The notes under the pieces are model-generated. The model made no database searches, had not been told where the DNA came from, and worked only from the letters and a program-made list of their open reading frames with translations. The translations under genes were made by a program, and so were the position numbers. A DNA stretch of 64,000 nt from Camelus dromedarius (taxonomy: Eukaryota): positions 28,272,001-28,336,000 of the forward strand of contig NC_087456.1 of the NCBI RefSeq assembly GCF_036321535.1. Direction: 5' to 3'. Below are positions 24,916 through 35,280 of this stretch, in pieces. Position 1 is the first letter of the stretch. Each line of letters starts with the position of its first letter.

Positions 24916-25968
24916 CCCGCCCGTCTTCCGCACTGGCTTTAGAAGAGCAGCTTCCTGCCCCCCGCGGTCTGCCGGCCTGCAGGGCGGCCCCGTGGATCCA
25001 GGGCTTCTGAGCTGGGCCCGGCAAGGGGCCGGGCTGCTGGAGATGGTGTCTGAGACCCTCTCCCGCTCGGATGGCCAGGCTGACGGCCTGATGCCCCGGC
25101 CGTACGCTGGCCGGCAGTGGTCCCGTAAGCCCTGCCGCGTCTGTTCGGCTCATTCCAGCTTTCCCCACGTCCGCAGACTTCACAGTCCTGGTACTCCCCA
25201 TCCTTCGGTTCTTCATCCCTAGAAAGCCCTTATTAGCACAGGGCCTGGCACAGGGGAAGTGCTCGCTCAGCGTGAGCCACTTTTGTCAGCCTCCTGTGCA
25301 GAGAATCACATTGAGCTCTCAACGCTTGAATTAGAAATCAAAGGTTCGCGGTCCTCCTGCTGAAGGATTTCCGTCCGCAGGAAGCTCTCCCAGGGCATCT
25401 GAGCAGTGCCTCGCAGAGCTTTTGCTGCTTTTCAGGGAGGCTGGAGTACAAGAGGTGTAAAGGCCGCGTGTTAGCAAGCGCAGGCCACAGTGGGAGATGT
25501 GATCTGATGGCTCAAAATCCAGTTTGCACACAGCTTCTCAGGAACAGGGCTGTTGCATGAAGTGAGGGGACCCTGGGTCACACAGCACTGACTGTGTGTG
25601 TGATGGGGTCTCTGTGGCAATGCTGGTATGGGCTCCGGCCCCTCACGTGAGCCCAGAAAGGACTTTGCTCCCAGGGCACACTGCTGTGAAGCAGGCATTC
25701 CTCCAGGTTACTTTGGTAACCCTCTTAAAAATCCCTTTGCCCCCCCCCACACACACACACACAACTGTCTTTCCCAGGAACGTGCCAAGGCAGCATCTCC
25801 TTACCACCCACTGACCCTGCTACACCATTTCCCCAGCCTGAACCCAAGGACAGCCAAGCACTACAGGACAAACTGCTTTAAATACCTTTCTAATTGACTG
25901 TCAGACAACAGCGGGAAGAGATCACAAAACTGCCTTCGTAAATAAAGTTTCTGTCCTGGGTTTTGCAG

Positions 25969-26213
25969 GCCTGGTGCTGACAACTCCTGGAGGAAAGAGA
26001 GGATCGAGGAGCAAAAATACAGAATTCTACAGCGAGCTGTGGTTCATAGTGTTGATGGCAATGCTGGGCTTGATCTTGCTGGCCATTTTTCTGTCCCTGA
26101 TACTACAAAGGAAAATCCACAAAGAGCCGTACATCAGAGAACGGCCTCCCTTAGGACCTCTTCCGAAGAGGATGTCGCCGCTGAATGTCTACCCACCGGG
26201 GGGGACCCACATG
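25969..26213 (+). CDS. USH2A: Usherin coding exon (exon 70 equivalent), 245 bp, including the transmembrane helix (about 26037-26105)
   Basis: ttgcag|GCCTG...CACATG|gtactt. Translates LVLTTPG...FYSELWFIVLMAMLGLILLAIFLSLILQRKIHKEPYIRERPP...GTHM. Confidence 0.98.
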
Positions 26214-26349
26214 GTACTTCTCTGAAGGCAGCTCCGTTCCCCTATCCCTGGACTAAAATGTTTGTTTTTATTTAGAGGGAGATATTTTCAGAGCCACAGC
26301 GACAAGGGACTAGATGACAGCTGTGTTTGGTAAAAGGAGGTTCACCCTA

Positions 26350-27128
26350 GAACAGCATTCTCAGCTTTGGCTGCACATTAGAATCGCCTGGTGCTACAGA
26401 CTGAATGTTTGTGCCCCCCCCATTCATATGTTGAAACCCTGACCTGAAATGTGGTGGTATTGGGTGCTAGGCTCTTTGGGAGCTGGTTAGGCCATGAGGG
26501 TGGAGCCCCTGTGAATGGAATTAGTGCCCTTATGGAAGAGACTCCAGAGAGCTCTCTGGCCCTTCCACCCTGTAAGGACCATGAAGCAGATCCCCACCAG
26601 ACACCCAGTCTGTCAGCACCTTGATCTCGGACTTCCCAGCCTCCAGAACTTAGGAAATAAATGTCTGTAGTCTCTAAGCCACTACGGTGTTCTGCTATAG
26701 TGGCCCTACACCTGGGAGACTTTATGAAACACCCATGCCGGGCCTTACACACAGCCCCAGGAACCTTACCCCAGGAGCAGTGGCACCCAGGACTCAGGCC
26801 AGTGATCAGTGAGCATTTCTGTCCCTTGACGCACGGCCCCCGGCAGGCATGTCTGCCTCATCATCCTTCCTGAGGAGGAACCCAGTCTGGCCCACTTGGT
26901 TAACTTCGAGATTAAGAAGCTAGCACACCACTCCTGTGGGAAGGTTACTCTGGACCATTCCTTGCTCAGAGTCTTGTCGCTTTGTTTTGTCAAAGTGAGG
27001 CCCATGAGCTACCGGTATCTGCATCACGTAGGAGCCAGACCTGAATCTTTGAGGAAGAAACCCAAGAATCTGCCATTTCAACCAGCACACGGGAAGTCTG
27101 ATGCACAGTAAAGTTTGGGAACAGCCCT
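26350..27128. mobile_element. MER5A-like MITE split by later insertions
   Basis: Left arm (ctcagctttggctgcacattagaatcgcctgg) at 26350-26391, resuming at 26716. Right arm (ccaagaatctgccatttcaac...tctgatgcacagtaaagtttgggaac) at about 27035-27128. Confidence 0.7.
26392..26710 (+). mobile_element. MaLR solo LTR (MLT1A/B-like)
   Basis: TG...CA termini; starts tgctacagactgaatgtttgtg; internal aataaa; perfect 5-bp TSD CCTGG at 26387-26391 and 26711-26715. Confidence 0.9.
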
Positions 27129-27204
27129 AAATGAATGAAAGGACAATACAATTCCTGCGAACAGTGTGTCCAGTCCCATAACCAGTGAAAACTGGGGCGG
27201 GACG

Positions 27205-27430
27205 CTTACTGCATGATGGCACTCATATGAAATATTGAAAGCAGTCAAACCCGGGGAGGCAGAGAATAGAACGGTGGTTGCTTAGGGGCGGGGGAGTTGC
27301 TAAAGGACAGGTGTACAGTTCCAGTTCTGGAAGGTGAGGAAGTACTGCTGTACCACACTGCAGAGAGCAGTGCTGAACTGTCACTTAACAGTCTGTTTGG
27401 AGGGTAGATCTCTCACTACAATAAAAAACA
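27205..27430 (+). mobile_element. Old L1M 3' UTR fragment
   Basis: gaggcagagaatagaacggtggttgcttagggg...gtacagttccagttctgg...gaactgtcactta...cactacaataaaaa. Confidence 0.65.
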
Positions 27431-28077
27431 AACAGGTGGGGGCTGCTGGTGAGTCCTTGCAGTCCAGACCAGACCTGGGCTGAGCTCCCTGGGGGGCCAG
27501 ACATAGGCCTGAGCAGAGCAATGAATTGAAACACCCTCCCCTTCCACTCCCCTGACCATCCGAGCAAAGCGGAGTGGCGCCCACCTGGGGGACTTCTGCT
27601 GAGTGGCCAGTACTGTGTGACATGTGAAGAGGGGACAGGCTAGTGGCCAGGGGCCCTGGACCCAGAGAACTGGCCCATTGTCAGTGGTGAGGGTGCTACT
27701 TACCAGCGCCAGAGGGTTCACAGCAGTGAAATCTGGGGTGTACCAGAGTGCCGGGCAGTGTTCCCCAGAACCCACTGATTCACAATTTAACTCTACCCAG
27801 TTGGCCCAATATACTTGCAAGCCTGTTTTTATAAAACCTGTTTGAGATGACAGTGTTCTAACAAAGTTGGAGACGTGGACGAAAATTAGCAAAGGTTAGT
27901 CAAACTAAAGAGAATCCAATTTGCACTAGATGAGCAAAACAAAATGCTGATGTGAATGTCCCTGGGCTCCAGAATCAGCAGGTGAGAATCCAAACAGGAG
28001 CAAGCCTGCAGTCACTCGGTTCCCCAGACTGACACTCTTTTCGCTTGAGTCGGTCAACGCTAGCTACCCTTGGAACG

Positions 28078-28078
<1 letters not shown>

Positions 28079-28113
<35 letters not shown>

Positions 28114-28137
28114 ACACACACACACACAAACACACAC
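28079..28137 (+). repeat. Interrupted (AC)n microsatellite
   Basis: About 17 perfect AC units followed by further CA units. Confidence 0.97.
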
Positions 28138-28787
28138 CTCCCCTCCATCTGACAAGCCCTGGTCTCATTGCTGCTATAACCCTGTTGCAGGCACCCCTGT
28201 CCTCTGAATAGGTAAGATGCTCTTTGATATCAGAGGCAAATTGGCAAAAGGACTTTAAGCTCCACTCTGAACAGAGCAAAATGGGACGAGGAGCCAGAGA
28301 ATGAGAGAGCATTTTGTATTTTTTAACTTGAAGTTCATTAACATTTTCAAGATCACACAGCATACATTTAATCCACTGAAGTTTAAGTGCAGGTCTTACT
28401 TGTACAATCAGCCCTGCCTATCAGCAGGTTCCACACCAGCAGATACAGAGGGCTGGCCATGGGACTTGAGCATCCTCAGATTGGTACCCGTGGGGGGAAT
28501 CCTGGAACCAATCCTGTTTGGATACTGAGGGACAATTGTAAAGTAATTACTGGCTTGAAGATCCTTTCATTCCCTGCAATACAAAACAAATAATGCAGTG
28601 TCACCTTGACACTAAGCAATTAGTTTCTACTCACCGTGATGTTTAAATTGCAGAAGACTTTACATATATATAAATGCATCTCTGGATAGTGTTAATGTGT
28701 GGGTAAGATTATGCTGTCCTTGTAGAAACGCAGAGAATTTGTTTTCAGATGTTCCAAACACTGACTGATGTTCCATTCTGTTTCCAG

Positions 28788-28859
28788 TCTGACTCTGTGG
28801 CTGATGTATCTGATGTGTCCAGCAATGTTACCCTAAAAAGTTACACCATGCACTTTGAG
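28788..28859 (+). CDS. USH2A: Alternative 72-nt usherin cassette exon (24-aa cytoplasmic insert; inner-ear-type 'exon 71' of mouse)
   Basis: ttccag|TCTGAC...TTTGAG|gtaccg; phase 0-0; translates SDSVADVSDVSSNVTLKSYTMHFE. This matches the known 24-aa usherin insert, which I recall as FDSVADISDVSSNVTLKSYTMHFE in human. Confidence 0.93.
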
Positions 28860-28882
28860 GTACCGCTGTGTGCTCCACAAAC

Positions 28883-28914
28883 GCATGAGCTGTGCATGGG
28901 GCATCACCTGCATG
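28883..28914 (+). promoter_or_regulatory. RBFOX-type intronic splicing enhancer cluster
   Basis: GCATG at 28883-28887, TGCATG at 28893-28898 and TGCATG at 28909-28914, all within 55 nt of the cassette-exon donor. Confidence 0.7.
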
Positions 28915-29283
28915 GGGAAGGGCAGACCTCTTCGCTGATGGGTTAAGTCAGCTACATCAGAGCCCACGGTCGCTTAGAGCAGCCACGTGTCCTAATGGCA
29001 CATTCTAGAGCCTGACCACAGAGTGCCTTTGTCTTTCCGCTGTCTTTATGTCTCCTCTTTGGGAGGCTGGAATCCTGTAGCACAGAGAACAATGTGGAAT
29101 GAGAAAAGAGAAAGGGGAGAAGGGAATTTCCTGACACAGATCCAGGAATTTTGGAGTGAAATACAGCACGCTCACTTTGCAGGGGACCACCTTTGTGGGT
29201 GGCTGTTGACTCTGGGAAAGGGATGTTCTCACAAGGAGGCTCTGTGCTGACCCCTGGGAAGAGATCACCTTGCTAAGTGCCTG

Positions 29284-29300
29284 CCCCCCCCCCCCCCCCC
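29284..29300. repeat. C17 homopolymer (G17 on the minus strand)
   Basis: Direct count. Confidence 0.9.
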
Positions 29301-29578
29301 GCCGCCACTTGGCTGCTTGGTGGCGCAGCAGCCCTTGGCCATGAGATCAGTAGCCGGAGCGCCAGTACGGGGGCTCCTGGCCGTCTAACGTGACCATTTG
29401 CTTCCTGTCTCACCCTTCCCAGGAGGCCGGGGTCCGCAGCATTCTAGATGAGCTAAGTGCCATACGAGGATGTGGGGACAGGGTTCCCTTCGTTGACAAT
29501 GTGTGACACACGATTTTCTATGCTACTTCAAGCCCATTTTCTTTAGACCTTAATCACCAACAGCAACTTTCTTTCCAG

Positions 29579-29800
29579 GGCTTGGCTGATACCAAAATCC
29601 CCCGGTCTGGGACCCCTGTGAGTATGAGGAGCAACCGCAGCCTCTCTGTACTGCGCATCCCAAGCCAGAACCCGGTCAGCCAGCCCTGCTCCGGAGGCGC
29701 TCTCCTGCGCAGTGTCAGCCAGCTCATGGACGTTCCAGATAAGAAGGCCTTGATTGACGACTCGCTCTGGGAAGCCATCCTGGGCCATGACAGCGGACTG
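29579..29800 (+). CDS. USH2A: Usherin coding exon (human exon 71 equivalent), 222 bp, cytoplasmic tail
   Basis: ttccag|GGCTTG...GGACTG|gtgagt. Translates GLADTKIPRSGTPVSMRSNRS...LWEAILGHDSGL. Confidence 0.97.
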
Positions 29801-31361
29801 GTGAGTTGATGTCCTCACCCAGAACCTTAGCTAGGCTCCCCACAAGCGTACCGATAAAGAGATGGCATGGAAACTTCCTGTTCCCATTGAATGCTGACCC
29901 CACGGCACTCAGTGCACCCCTCTGACCACTAACCAATTATTTTTTTAACGACCTGGCTACCAGGGTCACTACAGTTGCTTGATGAGCAGTGTAGAAACTC
30001 TCGTCTCATTCTCAAGGCACCCGGTAGATGCTCAAAAAATAAATTCATGAGTAAGTGAAGAGAAACAGGCTGTACTTTATTAACTTGGGCAGAAAGTGAT
30101 GGGCAACATTGGAGCTGGCCTAAAGGAGGCATGAAGTACAAGCACCTGTTTTACTAAAGGGAGGAAAAAAAAAAGGAAGTGCATTTTCCTTCTGGTTTAT
30201 GATGAGAAGAGAGAAAGAGTCTCTCAGCAGGATCAATAGTTCCTTTCCAAGAAACTCAGAAAACCATGATAAATCAGGGCATTACTATTTATGAACTACA
30301 TTTTTCATAATTTCAGTCCAGGAGGTACAAATAATTGACTCACTGAAAGCTAACCTCATCATTGTCTAGTATTTGTTTTGAGCCCCTTAGTGGCCGAAGT
30401 GAATAAAATCTTCAAGTTTTTAGCACCCATCACGCTTCCCTGTGACGGCTACCTAGAGGTCTGTGGGGGGACCATCCGTTGGGACATGGGATGCTAAACA
30501 GATGGCCAGCCAAGAGCTTTCGCCCCTGTGCTTAGTCCTCAGGCAGGAGAAGTCCCCTCCATTTCTGTCAACCACTGGCTTCTGCACCTGGACCCTCACT
30601 CCTCCCTCTCTCCCAGGTTCTCACTTTTCCTTTGCTGCAGAGTTGACGACTTCCATGAAGCCTTTCTTAACCAAGGGCAAGTAATACACCAAGTTTCCCC
30701 CAGCTCCAGTTTACTTCTAATCACAGTAAAAAATAAACTAAAATGTACAGTCCTTCTGGCTTGTCCAGAATGAGGATATATAATAAGCATCTGAAAATCA
30801 TGGGCCTGTCTGAAGTTGTTGTGACTGTGGAATTCTGTGATTCCATTTCAGCTCTAAAGTTTCCAAATGTCTGCGATAATTTTATTAGGTTGAAACACAG
30901 AGAACTGTTCCTTGATCATATTTGACATGCAAAATGGCAATTTCGTATGGTTCAACGTAATACATTGAGGGCTTAGATGCATGTGTGCCCTCACCCAAGG
31001 ACACACAGCTAATAAGTAATTTCTTCATGAAACTGGGATCTTAAAAACATCGTCTGATTACAGAGCCCTGCGTCTTCACTGTTACACTGTACTGCCATTT
31101 TCACTTTTGACAGTGCTGGTAATGGGCAGGATGCAGAATGATTCCATGAAAGCTTTTGAAGATGCCAGTACTTGGCAGATGATCTTCCAATATTTGGCAG
31201 ATCATGTGTTCGTTGTAACATTATAATCAACATTACTCACTCAATTCAATAAATACAAGATACAGTAAGAGAGTAGGAAGCTGTGGAGCACAATAGCTTG
31301 CATTCTGGCTCTTCTGCTTGAATTTTGAACTAAATCTCATATATATGTGTATACATGCATC

Positions 31362-31382
31362 TGTGTGTGTGTGTGTGTGTGT
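31362..31382 (+). repeat. (TG)n microsatellite, about 10 units
   Basis: Direct observation; flanked by (TA)n. Confidence 0.9.
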
Positions 31383-31665
31383 ATGTGTATATATATAATC
31401 TCTCCACTTTACAGATGAGCAAACTGAGGCTTAGAAAGGTTAAGATATGGCACAATGTAACACTTGAATAACATTTTGCACTCGCCTGTAGTTCACGTGT
31501 GCCTGTGGACATGATCCTTTCCATAAGGAAACGCAAGGATGGTCTCAACCACACCTTACAGTATTGAGCATAGAATGTTAGCCTTTAACAAAACACTGCG
31601 TACTTTTTACGTAACACTGTTGCCAAACAAACATCCTAACCAGCGATGATCGGCGTCTTTTTCAG

Positions 31666-31755
31666 TATGTGGATGAAGAGGACTTGATGAACGCCATCAA
31701 GGGTTTCAGCTCTGTGACTAAGGAACACACCACATTCACCGACACCCAGCTGTGA
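31666..31755 (+). CDS. USH2A: Usherin terminal coding exon with class I PDZ-binding motif
   Basis: ttcag|TATGTG...CAGCTGTGA. Translates YVDEEDLMNAIKGFSSVTKEHTTFTDTQL*. Confidence 0.98.
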   Translation, partial: YVDEEDLMNAIKGFSSVTKEHTTFTDTQL

Positions 31756-32464
31756 AGGACGGAAACCTGGGAGCTGGATGCAGGTGCCACACCCCCTTCC
31801 CTCTGGGTTGTCACGCATCATAAATGCTAAAAAGCCGTTTCTTGTTATCCTGTGATCCTTTAAAGAAGAATGAGGAGTGTTTTTTGAAATTGTTCCTCCC
31901 TAAAAGAGGTCTAAGAAATGTTATTTTCTGGCGGTCTGAAATGAGGGGTTGTCTGAAATTTCACGTCCATAGGAGCATACTTATTTTGCTCTCCGTCTCT
32001 TGTGGAAGCTAAATAAGCACGGGACTTTCACTTGGCTCCGCCGGCAGGGACGCCATTGGTGAAGTGCGTAATCAGAGGCAATTTCAAGTTGGCCCCCAGT
32101 TGTTACGAGTGAGCAGAGAGAAGTCACGAGTTAAAAAACGGATTCTTCCGCGAGGGTGTACTGCCACTCCCTTCAGCAGCACAGCTTCGCTTCTTTCAGT
32201 CCGTTTCTGTGAAAGTTGACAGGATCCTGTGCGGAACACCAGTTGTAATGATCATAGCTGCAAAATGAAATTGCAGCTTGAGACCAAGCTGAAACGCCTA
32301 GAGAAAAATGAACTCTGCCTTGAGGCTGCTCACTTGGGTGTAGGTTCTATTTCACTGCAATGTTTAGGGACACAAATATTCACCAAACCTTTTGACCGAA
32401 CGCCACTTAAACTTACACATAAATGTCCTTTCTTACATTTGTGAATCTTCTGAAAAATCTAAGG

Positions 32465-32470
32465 AATAAA
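32465..32470 (+). terminator. Candidate proximal USH2A poly(A) signal
   Basis: AATAAA about 710 nt after the stop codon. Usage unknown. Confidence 0.35.
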
Positions 32471-33969
32471 CAGCTGACTTAATTATTTCAAAGAGCACAT
32501 GAAGCGTTTTGATATTTCACACAGTTTTGAAACTCCAGTCAGTCCTTTTCATAAGATTCTGTTAATTCACTGAATACTCAGGAATACTGACATCTTCAAC
32601 TTGGCACATTTCACATGGAAACTACTGTTCTATTTATAATATTTAATTAGCCTATGTAGAACTAAAAAAAAAAATTTTGTTTCTTCTAGCTTTGAAATTT
32701 TTAAAATTAACATTTTTATCTAAATACAGGATTATACACATGCAAAAATCTGTATTACATCCCTTCCTTTCAGAGGACTGTTCACTATTTTAGCCCTGCA
32801 GTCACTAAAGGTAGATGATATTCAACAGGACCAATTCCTATGGGTCAGATCTGCTCTATGTGGATTACAAAGTCATTGATGACAGTGCTACTTTTTCTTG
32901 CAAGTCAGCGTAAAAGGTATTTAAGTTTGTTCTTCGTGGAAAACAATGTAAGAAAACCTCTTCTTCATTCTTAAAAGGTTTTAATGGCTCCAGAAGTTAT
33001 AATGAATTGTATGTCTCAAACAGTTGCCGGACGTATTTTGTATTTTGTGAATCACATTCAGCAGTAGGTGGATTTCCCCAAAGCTGCGCTGGCAAAAACT
33101 TGTAAAATAAGGAATAACCTTATGTATTCTGCGTAAAGACTATGAATTGCATTGACTGTCCAACAGTCAGAGATCATGGACCTGAGGTACTGAGACTTCA
33201 TCCACATCGTCGGAAGAGCAGCTCCTCAGAATGACCACCTCCTGGACAAGCCTTGCCAACCTAAGTGTCAAAAGCACAGACCAGTGTTAGCAGAAGCTCT
33301 GTCCCCTCTGCTACAAGCAAACGAATCTGGAATCATTGTGCATATTTGGCAGCAGGTGTTCCAATTTTTTTTTTCCTCGCCAAAAGTGTTACACTTTCTG
33401 AAATGGAAACATGGGATTGGCGCGTTTAGTTTACAGGCGTTAATTCGCTTTCATTGATTTGGTCAGTTAGCTGTAGAAGCTGGCACAGAAGAGCCTTGAC
33501 CGAGGCTGAGTTTTTGATTCATGGGAGCTACTTCTGAGATACACAGAGAAGTGCTCCTTTCCAGTCCGGTGCTTGCATCCTCAGCCTTGGTCTACTCCTC
33601 TGCAAACGTGAGTCGTGGGTGGATTCGGGAGGCGGAGAGCATACTCATGTCTGAAAACTTAACTAGATACTGTTACCACATTTTAAAACTTCAAAAGAAC
33701 ACAAATGGAGAACTGCGGGGCCTGGGGGTTAATCTTAAATCTTTCTCCACTTAATCATCTAATTAGACATTTAGCCACTACATGAATTCATTTCGCTGTA
33801 TCACTTACGTTTGGATCCCACGGCTCAGCATGGTCAGGAGCCTGCCCGGCTTCCACCCACAGCACCGCCTCCGCAACACTCCTGACCTTACCTGTGTTCA
33901 TTTCAGAGAGGAAGCCCCAGATGTTGTCTGGCTGTTTTGAGTGGTATTACGTGCCAAGCCTCCAGCCAA

Positions 33970-34070
33970 CAGTGTAGACTCACCGCTAGAGATTCTGATT
34001 CAACTGGTCTGGGGTGGGTCTGAAGCATCGGCCACTTTCAGAAGCTTCCAGTTTTCCTAACGTTGAGAGC
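33970..34070. mobile_element. MER5A-like fragment within the presumed USH2A 3' UTR
   Basis: agagattctgattcaactggtctggggtggg..gcatcggcc.ctttcagaagcttccag. Confidence 0.6.
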
Positions 34071-34428
34071 CAGTCGTGCCAGGAACCTGGAGAAATTCAT
34101 GCTGTGCACAGGGACTCCAGCACTCGGCCCGCTGCTTTACAGAGAAAACAGAGGGTCCTCTCTGAATCGCCTGTTTCTCATCCTGTTGCTTGAAGAGGCC
34201 ACGTTCTCAGCTTAAATGTAAGAACTGCTATGTTCTGTTGGTCCTAACGTTAACTGTTTGATAGAGTACATAGCTAGGCTTCGATGTGCTTCACTAAAAG
34301 TTGTATTTATAGATGATCTATCGTCATTCCCACTAAAAGGAAAACCTAAATATGAATCTGTTACAGTACCGTATTGCTGATCTAAAAATCACGTTGGCAT
34401 CAGTGTAATTCAACCTGAGCAACCTGTA

Positions 34429-34554
34429 AATAAACCATAGGCCAGGTGGAATAATTCAGTGAGAAGGAACTTAATTGTGTCACATATGAATAGTAGTTTA
34501 TTTCCGAAGCACAAATATCATGTAAATTAATCGAAAGATGGTTTGCTTAATAAA
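34429..34554 (+). terminator. Candidate distal USH2A poly(A) signals
   Basis: AATAAA at 34429-34434 (immediately after TGTA) and at 34549-34554, in an AT-rich tract about 2.7-2.8 kb past the stop codon. Confidence 0.5.
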
Positions 34555-34826
34555 TATTTAAATGTGAACCAGGTTTGATTTAATATATTTATGAAAAAAT
34601 ACTCTTAACAGCTCGGAGTTGTATTTACAATTTACACATAAATAATGATAAAGGTGAGCCCATTAAGAAAAATAGGATGTTCTGGATAATCTCTCAAACA
34701 TCAATGTATTAGAATCAACTGTGGCATTTTTTTTTTTTTTACAAAACATGGGTTCCAACCACCAGAGATACAAACGTAGCAGGTCTGGAGGGAGGCCAGG
34801 GCAACTGTGCAGGTATGACCTCAGGT

Positions 34827-35280
34827 TGTAACCGAGCAGGACCCTGGGGGGCTCTCCCGGGACGACCCCTCCCCCAGATCCTCTGCTGTGGCTCCTCTCT
34901 GCAGGACCCAGGTATTGGTATCTCAGGTATTTTCCCCAAGTTTTTCAGATGCTTAAAATCACCTCCAAATGGAAGAAATTAACTCCTCAATGGTCATGAG
35001 CACGGAGCCCCCGGACCTGTTGGTGCCTAAGGGCCCAGCACCATCAACCCGTCAGAGAATTGTGCACAGCTGATCCCAGACCCTGGGATGCCCGCCCCCG
35101 CAGCCTTTAACAAGGCTCAGCTGAACCCCCTCTAGGAGTTAGTTCCGCGTCTTCCGGGTGGGAGCTGCGTGTTCTCCTTGCTCGGCCTTGCAGTAAACTT
35201 TTTTCTACCCAATGCTTAGCTGTTTGGGTATTTTTTTGGCCTCACTGCGAATCGGGCACACAGACTTCTGTTTTGGTGAA
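34827..35280 (+). mobile_element. ERV1 solo LTR (artiodactyl MER41-like family, tentative name)
   Basis: Starts TGTAACCGAGCAGGACCC. Contains cagagaattgtgcacagctgatc, a TATA-like cctttaacaa, a poly(A)-like AGTAAA (35192-35197) and a U5-like tttggcctcactg...cgggcacac. The 3' CA and TSD are not clear. Confidence 0.75.

Noticed and set aside
24443-25216. 257-aa minus-strand ORF (longest in the track)
   Set aside because: It spans a GC-rich tract and a (CTGT)n repeat (RQTDRQ), has no recognisable domain, and is expected by chance where stop codons are depleted.
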